From positions 1-64,000 of the forward strand of contig NW_026859550.1 in the NCBI RefSeq assembly GCF_026571515.1: a stretch of 64,000 nt of DNA, given 5' to 3'. How positions within the stretch are numbered: position 1 is the stretch's first letter; each line of letters begins with the position of its first letter. The notes beneath the pieces were generated by a model. That model was not told the DNA's origin and ran no database searches. It saw only the letters and a program-made list of their open reading frames with translations. The translations under genes and the position numbers were made by a program. Shown here piece after piece: positions 1 to 11,110 of this stretch. The DNA comes from Ruditapes philippinarum. Taxonomy: Eukaryota.

Positions 1-1145
1 TATTATTTTAAGATGTGTCTAATATTCATTAATAGACATTTATTGAACAATAGATATGTTTTATTCACAGCTAAAAAATACAGCTTAATTAATTAAGACT
101 ATTTTTATTGCTAATAGTATTTAGAAATTTGAGTTGTTCATAAAGTAAACTATTTTTGTATTTCTAAAAGCAGACATGCAAAGTCTATGTAAACATCAGC
201 ATTTCTACTAGAAAGTTACGGAAAATAACAATTTAGAAAAAAAAAATAAACTGGCATGTTTTCTTTCTCAGGAAGAAAGCAATGCATGCCCTGTTTGGTC
301 ATACTCATATACTTTTTTATTTGTTCACTTTACACTACTTGTCGCCCCTATGAATAATTGTAAGCAGTTTCGGAACTACCGTGGAACTCTTTCCAAAGAT
401 AAATAATATTTTAACCAACCGTATTTTAACTATGTTGTATTACGAGAGTGAAAAGAACAATTACCATTTCCACCGGGAATATCAATTCGTCATTTCTTTA
501 TTTCTGTCTTATTGGTCAATTTTACGCTCGGATAAAATATGAGATACAAATTACGTTATTAGATTGTCTTGATTAGATAAATAAGTTCGCAAATTACCGA
601 TATTGAATAAAATTGTTATGTATGTGCATGATTTGTCTTTGAATAGACCTAATATGACGATCATTTTTGGGGGAAATGATTCTTGCAACATTATTTCTAG
701 CCACAGAAGTGAATGAAATTTACATGTACTTTGCAATTGAAAATATAAGAATATGCGCGTTTTTTTCCTGTATATATTGTAAGTAAGTTTATTCCTTAAG
801 TCAAGTCGTAGGTACACATATCCAAGAAGTATTTTCAACAGTTAGGTACGTTTGCACGATTCAGAAGATAATAAATTCACATGCAAATAGCTAATAGCTT
901 CCTGCTGTTTGGAGTCCTGTGTGTATGACAGCATATAGCTAGCTATGTATAATATAATTATAAATTATGTCTCAAGAAAGAATAAGTCAATAAAACTGGC
1001 AAACAATATGTTCGTGCATGGCTTCATTTAAAGTCATGGCTCGTGTTAATCCAGTTAATTATTCAGTAAAACCTTTTTAATTAATTAAGTGATGAAATGG
1101 CCCTTTGAGACGACCCCTAGCAATTTTGAATCTGCACGCACCTTG

Positions 1146-1195
1146 CCAATTTGCATATCAATATTTCACCACGCATGCGCACTACATTCCAATTC
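1146..1195 (+). promoter_or_regulatory. Candidate afadin promoter motif cluster
   Basis: CCAAT (1146-1150) overlaps octamer ATTTGCAT (1149-1156). NRF1-like ACGCATGCGCA (1171-1181) is followed by ACTACATTCC (ZNF143/Ronin-like). The region retains CpGs and lies about 170 bp upstream of the ATG. YY1-like CAAAATGGCCG at 1601-1611. Confidence 0.45.
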
Positions 1196-1354
1196 GATGG
1201 GAGGCCGTTGAAACGGTGTAAACTTATGGAAAACATTCCCCAGTGTTTACAATGTGATATTCGAAAAGAATCAAGTATTTTTGTGGATGGAATAAATTAA
1301 AAATATTTCGATTTTAGAGAATTAAATTAAACGGTTTGGATTTACTTTAGCGAA

Positions 1355-1459
1355 ATGGTGAAACCGGAGGAAATCCGTGATCGTCAAAAGCTTGCAAACT
1401 TGATAAGTCAGTGGAACTCGGAACATTACGATCTTTTTGAACTTAGTCCACCAAACGAG
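1355..1459 (+). CDS. AFDN: Afadin coding exon 1 (MVKPEEIRDRQKLANLISQWNSEHYDLFELSPPNE), phase-0 donor
   Basis: ATG at 1355, 35 codons, GT at 1460. Resembles the vertebrate afadin N-terminus (RRKLADIIHHWNANRLDLFEISQPTE). Confidence 0.93.
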
Positions 1460-2152
1460 GTAATAACTGGTGTAAAATAAATGATTTAATATCAATTAAT
1501 CAGCAGAATTAAATATATATTTTAAGAAAACAATAAATTCAAAATTTAAAAATTGACACCTGTACAGGTAAATCAGGTATCAAAATCGTCAACAAGTTTC
1601 CAAAATGGCCGACGTGTATACATTTGAGGTCAAGTGTGTAAACATAATAGATTGTCACCAGTTGAGCGTTTTAATATGTCTGAGTTTTTATTACATAGAT
1701 ATATTTTGCTTCATTGTTTTCGTTCTATAAATCACCTGTAGGTTTCATTGATTGCATTAATTATACGTTCTGGCAAAAGTTGTTTCCCTTTGCCATACTT
1801 CCTGATGTTGAATGATGTTACAGTGTTGAGGATTGGTTAACAAGTGCATTGACTGTCACTTAGTCATTAATATATATCTCAGTATGTATACACCTGTCAT
1901 AGATATACCACAGTATATGATACATACTGTCTCCTGTGGTATGTAGGTGTAAAAATACACAATTTAGCTTAAATAGCACTTTTTATATCTAAAATTTGTT
2001 AAATTAAGATATAAAAATTATGATTGGAATGGGCCATTATGAATAACTGACACTAATGGAGCCAACATGCCAATCACAATGATTAGAACCCTACTCAGCA
2101 TGTATATTTCAGAAATAAAACTTACACTCAAGATAATGGAATTTAATTAACC

Positions 2153-3755
2153 CAGGGCTCATCCTGGGGGGAAATTTTAGGGAGAAGTGACTTCCTCGCG
2201 AAAATTAGGGAGAAGGGAAACAACCCAATGTGTATGCATTAACATGCATGGCTATACATCCTTTAATTATAATATAAACACAATTAACATCACTTATAAT
2301 ATTTCTCCAGTTATTTAATTAATAGTAGATTAATTAATAGTAGATCTGGCAATGGCATCTAAATGTTTTTGAGCTGCAAATATGAATAAAAACAAATTAT
2401 TTTTGATATCTATTTATCAGCTTTCTCTAAATATGTGTTTATATATTTTCATGTAGATTTGTTGATAATAATGTGTAAGAAATATGATTAAAAAATTGTT
2501 TTTTATATTTTTTACTTTCCTCACTTTTATTATCCTCACTTTTATAAGAAGATAAGTTACATTGGATATTGATTAATAAAATCTGTTCTATTCTGTTCTG
2601 ATAACAGAATTTTCTTTTAATACCCTGTATGTTGTAATGTCGTATTTATATGCATATAATTATACTTATAAAACAATTTTCAAACATCGCAGAATATGTA
2701 AAATATGTATTGCAAACATTTGTGCACATTATATTTGATCACTAAAATTATATACATTCATTTCTTATTGAAAAATTTGACTGAGAAATTATAGAAAATA
2801 AATTTCTAATTACCTCCCTTTATTTTCATGAAATGTTAAATTTGGTAATATCTTTATAAATAATGCTTTTTGAAATTTACAATATTGATAAATCTTAATC
2901 TGAGCGTCATATTTACGACATTAAAACAAATATATATATTGAAACAGTAAGAACACTTCTTTCCTGACAAATTTTGTTGTTATATACGACCGATATGTAG
3001 TTTAGCCGGGATGTCGTGTCCACGTGCGTAAGCTGTGTCAAATTTGGCATTTCTACAAAGATAACAATGCCAAACACCCTCACTGTCTACAACATACCAA
3101 TCGCAAGATTTTTGCGAATTGGCTTTCTTAAATTTTCGCGTAGGTGTAACTATCAGAATCAGTAACTTTCTTACTGCTAGGTTTGGGCATTTCGCCCTGT
3201 AGCCATGACGTGAGCGACATAATTTTACAGTAAAAATTGATGTTAACGGACTGAAATCATTCAAAACTATCCGGTCGCTGATCATTAATGAAACTGATTA
3301 ATTTTAATTTAGTAACAGTTTTGTGACAGCCGTGAAAAATCCATTGCACATCGCCTTTACGCCATCGAAGTGCATTGTGTAAATCAATTAGGAAAGATTG
3401 CACATGTTTAGATAATCGGGAAATTATCGCCAAATCCTGTATTAAACTCGCAAAACTGTCACACAAATATACCGTTTCGGGTCGATGCTCTCATTATTTA
3501 CTGTTTAGAGTAGGCGGTCTATCGCTTTGCTTACAGGTAGAAGGGTAGTATAAAGCGACGCTCTGATTGGATAATGATAATTAGCAGACGTTATATGGGC
3601 GGATACAATCTCTGCTCTTTACATCGCCAATTTATTACTATTTGGGAATTAAGATTTTATCGGCAATGTTGACTTCTCTTTGGTCAATCGGGAGAGCGAA
3701 ATTGGAATATACACGGCGAAGTTTTCGCCCGAATCGCCCTTTAGGATGAGCCCTG
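2153..3755. mobile_element. Non-autonomous hAT-like DNA transposon, 1603 bp
   Basis: Perfect 13-bp TIRs CAGGGCTCATCCT (from 2153) / AGGATGAGCCCTG (to 3755). 5-bp direct repeat TAACC on both flanks (2148-2152, 3756-3760). No transposase ORF recognised. Confidence 0.85.
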
Positions 3756-6700
3756 TAACCTTAATTATATACTCCTGGTTTAGACCCTATGGTCTATAGG
3801 CCCATTTCTATCCTTACCAAGCATTTAAAGTTTAAAAAGTTTTGTCATCTAATATGAATAATGTATCAACAGTTTTGCAACTTTTTTATGCCTAATTTCA
3901 AGTTCCAACATTCAATTTGTCAGCAAAAGTTAAACAATAAATTTATGTATTGTTATTCATACAAATTGACACCAATCTCAAGAGTTCCAGCAACTACAAA
4001 GATCATTTTCCAATCTATAATGACATATTGACAATTGGCATATGGTTTATATAAAGATGCTTCTTTTATGAATTTATTACTAGTCTCATAGGATTTCAAT
4101 TTAGGGAAATGAATCTCTTTTTGCATGCAAAAATATGCCTGTGTTTTAATATACAATCAATGATACAGGCATATCTTTATTATTTTCCAGGTTCATTCTG
4201 AACCTCCCTGCTGAAAAGCTTTAATAATGATATCACCATCTTATGATAGTGTCAGTGCAACTTACTTTAAACACGACATGCATGTACACAATTGCATCCT
4301 TTCATGTCTTGTGTAATATCGTCAAATTCAAATTTCATAAGTGTACAGGAAGATATAATATTAATGGGTATTTGCCCGAAGTTCGCAGATTTCTTATTAT
4401 ATTAAAGGCACATCTCTGCATTTTTTAAGATGCCTAAGCCCTTAAAACTGTTTGGAAAGGTAGCCTGCTCAGGTGTACTTCACCTCTTAAAAACGTGGTC
4501 ATTGTCCCGTTACATGTATGTGTTTGAACTGTACAGTCATTTTCTACTTTCAATTATTTTTTTAATAAATATAAAAAGTAAGTCATTTTGAACATTTTTG
4601 ATATGGCACCAATCCATAAGTAAAAAGTGTAAAACTGATAGAAAATAATATTAATTCTTCAAAGGTTAATTTAATTTTAACTCTTACATGTACCTTATTT
4701 GTTTGTACATATTCATTAATCATTACTTTAATTTTATATTATGCCATTGCCTTTTGGGGCTTAACTAAATTAAAGTTTTTCAAGCATCCTAAAAAGTGAT
4801 AAAAAAATGTTTGAAATGAGTTAAGATAATTAAATGCATTTTCAAAATCTTGACAGACAATCTTTCAGGACAGTCATTTGTTTGAAGAGTTTACCAGATG
4901 TTTTAGCCCCAAAAAAAAGTCAGTGTTATCTTGTGCTAGGTGCTAGCTATAAAAGACACTGAACATATGTTTTACCTATCTGATTATCTACAGTAAGTGT
5001 AGTACTATTGATGATAGATTTGTTTTTAAGATGAGCTTTAGGGATGTTTTGTTTTACCATTATAAACTTTGTTGCATGAAAAAGCTTTACTACATGCAAT
5101 ACGCCTTGTTTTGTACAGTGTAATCTTTTAGAGACAGTGGTGGTCACATATGTTAGTGAGTTGAAGGAAATACAATATTCATGATTAGATCATGCAGTCA
5201 GGGCCTTAGTTAGGTTGAAATTTATGTGAGTCAATGAGGGAGTATGTCCCCCTTCTTTTCCTTTGGTTTGTTTGAGTGAAGTTTGGAGTCTCTTGACGAG
5301 AAAATGAACATATTCAGAAGTGTTGAAGATAGTAGGTAGACTGGTTAATCATTGACATTCTTTCACCTTTTCAAATAAACAAAGGTATCTTACTTTCTTG
5401 AATTCACACCATACATTCATGGTCTTTCATAAATTTTCTTTTTCATTTTTTTTGGGGCATTTTATTTTCTCACTTTCCTTGAAAAAGATGTAAGCTGTGG
5501 TCAATATGGCCTTAGATATATAAAAATAAGGAAGCTTCACACCCATTGCAGTTATTTTGAGTAGGCAGTCTAAAGTACTAAGGCAGTCTAGAATAAAAAT
5601 TATAATTAAATGTCCAGTGACGAACTACAGTGGTCAAACATAGCATCATGGTCCATTGGAATTACGCTGTAGCCTAATGATAATTTGAGTGATTCAAAGG
5701 TTTTTCCAGAAATAGATTGTTAAGACACTGTCATCTGCACTAAACAGAAGATGGATTGGAATGCTCAGTCATGTCCATAGGTATATACTGCTGACAGGCA
5801 TAATGGATTGCATGGAATCAATTTTCTTCCAGTACATGTATTGTATATAGCTAAGCAGTAGGTACTAAGTATTTTGCCTGAAGCTTAAATTGTTCTGCAT
5901 AACTCATCAATAATAGCAGAAAAGTTTTGTTTGATGGTTTTTGAAATCTGGTTATCATGGAATAATATAAGAAGTGACATTGAAATTCTCTTGGGTGATA
6001 TTAGGATTTAGATATCTGTGTCGCGATCTGTTTGATTATTTAATATGGGAATTTATAGACTTCTAGTTTATTCATGAGGTGGTTTTAACCTATACCTGAT
6101 TTAGTACCAGGTCATTAATATGCAATGCATGTAGTGATTGTTATGCGGCACTTGGGAGAAATTACTGTGAAAAATCTGATTTATCATTATATCAAGTTAT
6201 ACTATTACTATTTCACAAATACAACAGAAAATGTAGTACTATTGTATGTGTTTGAATTTCTGCTTTCATTTACCAGTCATAACCATGCGTTTTAGTGCAT
6301 GTTGTCAGACCATGCATTATTATTAGTTTACCTGAGCGATTTCTTAGTATTTTTACCACTTATTTGTTTTTTGAACAGTTTATACACATTTACATACATG
6401 ACATTATCATACTTGTACACATGTAAAGTTTTAATATGAGCTTACTTGGGTGTTTTGGTTTTGTGAATTTTAAGAAACGTGGTGCACGCCAAACTGAATT
6501 CAGTATTGAACAGGTGAATTGATTTCTGTTTTCATTTACTAAGTATGATTTACTTTGTACAGGATTAAGAAGTCTTTTCAAGTTTGGATGAATTGTAGGT
6601 TTTTGAAGGTTTTAAGATCCTTCCAAGATTCTTTGAATTAATATTTCACTAGCTGCTATATTTTTCTGCATTTTGTACTTACCGGTACAAATTATTTGGT

Positions 6701-6909
6701 TCCCTGCAAGTGTTGTTGGTGTTGAAACACTGGTGGTGTACTCTAGCTTTCCTTAATAAAAAAAGTTAGTTTGAAAAAAGCTTTAAAGGGACTTTCTTTC
6801 AAATTCTTTGACAATTGAGTCTAATGATCATTTGTCTCAGTCATAAATCATGTGGGATATCATATTCATAAGTAGTTAGTCATTTGCAGAGAAATTGAAG
6901 TATAGGTTA

Positions 6910-8511
6910 TACCCCGGTCACATATTCACGGAAAACGCCCACGGAAGAGCCACGGATTAATTCCGGCATCGTCCGTAGCTACCCGTACTGGTCAGTAGCT
7001 CTCCGTATTGTAACCGTAATCAATCGTAGTAGTCCTTGTATATCCGTAGCGATCCTTGACAATTTTTGAACATGCACAAAAATTTGCTACGGAAAAATCA
7101 ACCGTAGCGTATCCCTACTAGTCCGTATTAATCCGTACTGATACGTACTGGTCCGTACGAAAACCGTATTAGTCCGTACTGATTCGTAGTCCACCAACTT
7201 GTCAAGGATTTCCACGGTTTGGTACGGAGAACTACGTATTTGTACGGTTACCCTACGTATAAGCTACGGTTTTAATACGGATTAATACGGCATTGTCACG
7301 GAAAGCCACGATCGTAATACGTTGTACTACGGAGAGGCAAGGATTAGCACGGTCTTATACGGTTTATTGCGTTGCAACACGGAATGGTACGGCCCACCAC
7401 TGTTTAGAACGGATAAATTAAGTATCATGTACTTTTTCAAGGGTATAAATACTACCTTCTTGTTAATAACAGACATATTTGCGGGAACATTTAATAAATG
7501 ATAATTGCCATTTACTGGCTGCAACTTTATATTGAAATGGCTCAGAATGCGGAGGCAGTGGTCGAGCTGCTTGATGACATGCATAGAAGTAAATTTATAT
7601 TAATATCGTACTACAATTCATAAGTAATAGAATAACATTTAATGCTACATATTTTACAAACATTGGATCGTGAAATTGGAGTAAATATGTACATAAAACG
7701 AAGTGTCTCATAAGCCTCGGACGCTGGCCCTTCAGTGATAATAAGATTAATTAACACGCTTTTTACATATTTTTAAAACATAAACATCACGATAATTAAT
7801 GTAATTGTAAGATGAACAGCAAATCTTAAAATTAAAAGAGAAGCAGTATTGATCAACATTTTTCATTAATGATTACTAGTCCATATCTAATCAGGTAAGA
7901 GAAGACAGACGAGATGGTGGACTAGAGATGGGCTTTTACGAAGACCGCTTTATGTTTAGTATGAGGCTCTCATGGCCGAACTTGTTGAGGATCCAGCGTC
8001 CTTTAAGAAATTCACTTTAATTGGACCTGATGTGTCTCGGGGGTCGGACGCGATTAGGCTGAATCCTCCCCGCCAAAATCATTGAACTCTGCAATTCGTT
8101 TTCTAGGTGTTCTTTTCTTTTGAGGCATTTTGAAAATGAGCAAGCAAGAGGTTGTGGACGGATGTATTAGGTCTGTATAGATCCTTGGCAATTCGTTCTT
8201 CTCCGTATCAATACGTTCTTCTCCGTATCAGACCGTACTAAATATTCGTACTAACCCGTGCTTATACCGTAGTGTATCCGTAGTGCGTCCGTCCTGATTC
8301 GTGTCGCTCCGTATCAAACCGTGCCGGTCCGTCACAATCCGTGTCTCTCCGGGGGCTTTTGGTGGTAAATCCGTCGGACTTCGTACTCATACCGTTGTGT
8401 GTCCGTACTGGAACCGTAGCGGGCCACGGAATTTCACATTTCCGTAGTGATCCGTGAGCGATTAGACCGTAGCTCTTCCGTGGCATTATCCGTGAATATG
8501 TGACCGGGGCA
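6910..8511. mobile_element. PIF/Harbinger internal-deletion derivative, 1602 bp
   Basis: TIRs TACCCCGGTCACATATTCACGGA / TCCGTGAATATGTGACCGGGGCA with further imperfect subterminal symmetry. TTA TSD (6907-6909, 8512-8514). Dense CCGTA/TACGG subterminal repeats. Contains a transposase remnant. Confidence 0.9.
7900..8034 (+). pseudogene. Harbinger transposase N-terminal remnant
   Basis: Translates RRQTRWWTRDGLLRRPLYV*YEALMAELVEDPASFKKF, resembling the RRWW.R.WL.RR...Y..LM.EL..EDP..F..F N-terminal pattern of Harbinger transposases. In-frame TAG at 7957-7959. Confidence 0.7.
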
Positions 8512-8759
8512 TTAGCTAAGCCTAAAAGTTAACCAGAAAAACTGGTTAGGTGGACCAACTACAGAGATATGACCAAAGATTTGTTTTAACTTTTAAGCGG
8601 CATTAAAATGAATCAAACAAATTCATTATGTTTGGCACTTAAAACTGGAGCCCCAAAAAAACTAATTGACTGACTTGAGAAACATGTAAGAAACTTGCAG
8701 ATTATATAGATTATACAAATATTTTAACATAAATCATACATGTATCTATTTGTTTACAG

Positions 8760-8952
8760 AGCTTAGAGTTCCACGGGGTTGTAAGATTTTACTTCCAAGA
8801 TGAAGACCATAATGTAGTCACAAAGTGTATAAGGGTGGCGAGCTCAGCCACCACAAAGGAAGTTGTTGATGTCCTGGTGGAGAAGTTTCGTCCAGACATG
8901 CGCATGTTGACAGCTAACAGATATAACCTGTTCGAGGTTCATATAAATGGAG
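8760..8952 (+). CDS. AFDN: Afadin exon 2 (RA1 domain; SLEFHGVVRFYFQD...KFRPDMRMLTANRYNLFEVHING)
   Basis: tttacag acceptor, G|gtagga donor, phase 0 to 1; strong afadin RA1 similarity. Confidence 0.97.
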
Positions 8953-9184
8953 GTAGGATTGTTTTATTGTTGACTAAGTTATTCATTGTTGACTAAGCAA
9001 AAGAGGAGGTACATGTATGTGAAAATGAAAATTTAATGTCAGCATTGCATTTTCTCTCTTACATGTATATGACTGTGTTGAGCACAAATGATAACAAAAT
9101 TAAAGCTATGGTCTCTTTTTATATGCAAATCATTATTCTTATGTTAATAATTACGTAGTTGGTAGATTGATGTAGCTTATTTAT

Positions 9185-9345
9185 AGGACCATGTGTAGTG
9201 GTTAAAGTTTGAATTCCTTGCTCTCAATCACTGTAGGTTCAATCCTGCAGGGGTTGGGGTGGGGCTTACTTTTCAGTGGAGAAGCGATCCAATTTGTTGA
9301 ATAAATAAGTTATAATACTGCTCAAAAGCTAGCTTGTACCTCAAA
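9185..9345 (+). mobile_element. Degenerate tRNA-derived SINE (family A) fragment
   Basis: A-box-like TAGTGGTTAA, B-box-like GGTTCAATCC, followed by GAGAAGCGATCCA similar to the copy at 16460. Boundaries approximate. Confidence 0.5.
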
Positions 9346-10792
9346 TATCAACATATCTTGTTGTGTACAGTACATATCTTCAGAGAATTTATAACAAGAA
9401 GATAAAAGTTAAATAAACCAGGGCCTGACTGTTATATTTGTAGTTCAAAATTATAGTCTTAATTCAATTAAGTTAATAGAATTAATCTGTTTTGCTAATA
9501 ATAATAATTAAGCTGTCTGCTTAAAGGTTGAATTTTCAACTGACTTATGATATAAGTTTATTATATATGCAATGGTGTGTGCACAGATAAAGTTTATTGG
9601 GGGAAATCAATTGGATTTTACACTGTAGTAATTTTCAATCTTCTTTTCACAAGATATTTTGTTAAAATAGGTGTAATTAAAGTTATTAAACCAGTAAGTT
9701 TGTACAACTTACTTAACAACATTATACAATTTTCCAAGGGCAAAATACATAGTATTCCACTAGCAACTTTTCTCGTGTTCTTCAAAGTAGGCTTTGAATT
9801 TTAAAAGGAAAAGAATGGAATTTATGCATTGTATTTTGAATGCATGATAAGTACAGTCAGCTGAATATGCATTTTCTACAACTTAATTGAAAGTATAAAA
9901 CTTGCAATCCTATATGAAAATTACAATTCATTTTAACTGTAAAATATAGAGTCAATCTGGAGCCAATAGCGTAGAAATTCTATTATATATATTTGTAATT
10001 CCTTCAGTAAACAAAACAAAGCCTGCGGAAAAGTCAGTGTACTTGTATATATTCGGATCTGTTGCCAATTATGGCAATTTTGTAAAGGTCATTATTGAAT
10101 GAGGACTATAATTGTCAACTGTCCAAAATATCTTCTTAGGTATTGGCAATTTTAAGTGTTTTGAGACTGCATAGTGCCATTAAAGAGCCATCTCTTAAAG
10201 GTCATATATATGAGTGATTTGTAAGTATTCTTGCATTGCTGGTGACAATAATAATGTCTTTCTGATGTCAGTCAAGTGCAATTTGAATCACTTGTGCCTC
10301 TCTCAGCACTGAATTTTTAACCCTGAAAAAGAGTGACAATGTTTTGTTTAAGAAAGCTTCATCATGCAGTCATTTCTATATAAAATGTTGGCTTTCGATG
10401 TTTTAAATTAAAGAATTTGGTTTGGTTTTTATGGTTGGTTTGCAAGTCACACTGCAGTGTCACTGACTGTAATGGTCAAATAGCATCTTTCCAAATATAC
10501 TGGTTGGGGAAGACCTTATCTGCCATGTCCCCTCTTTCCATTATTTCAGGCATGAGTCAAACCCCTGAGTTGAAATTTTTCAGTAGACTATTTGAGTTCT
10601 TTAAGCCCGCTGGATAACATCTTCTAATGAAAAAATAAAAAAAAACCTGGCAGGATTTACACTGGGTTCAGGGGTAAGCTATAGGAAGTCTGTGAATATT
10701 GAACAATGGTGCCACTGTTGCTTAATCAAAATAATATAGCATGTGCCACTTATGCTTTATTAAAATAATAAAGCATGTAAACTTGAAAGGTA

Positions 10793-11110
10793 CCGTATAT
10801 TTCTATTAAACGCCCCTGGGGGCTAAACATTTTCCAAAAGGGGGGCTATTATTAAAATACATTTTTCCTAAATCAAAAAATCACTGTAAATACATTAAGT
10901 GTTAGCAAGTGTTGGTAATAACATTAAAAAGTATAAAGGTTTTACAGTTCATTTTATACATATTTGATTATTTGTGTTTACTATAAAATAAAATGGATTC
11001 TGAATGATTTGAATAATATTGTGTGTTTAATTATGAGTTCAGCACTGATGAGTAAATTATTTTCATTATCAAAAGACCTAGGGGAGGGGCATTTATTAGG
11101 AATTTTACGG
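10793..11110. mobile_element. TA-flanked Tc1/mariner-type MITE (CCGTA termini), 318 bp
   Basis: TA|CCGTATATTTCTATTAAACGCCCCT ... AGGGGCATTTATTAGGAATTTTACGG|TA; imperfect TIRs of about 25 bp. Confidence 0.8.

Noticed and set aside
551-838. Divergent 95-aa minus-strand ORF upstream of afadin
   Set aside because: Non-ATG start, no recognisable motif or splice structure; not enough support for a head-to-head gene.
8262-8486. 74-aa minus-strand ORF
   Set aside because: Lies in the GC-rich CCGT/ACGG subterminal repeats of the Harbinger element, where stop codons are scarce for compositional reasons.
2153-8511. Two intron-1 transposons of almost identical length (1603 and 1602 bp)
   Set aside because: Different superfamilies, TIRs, TSDs and internal sequences; treated as coincidence.
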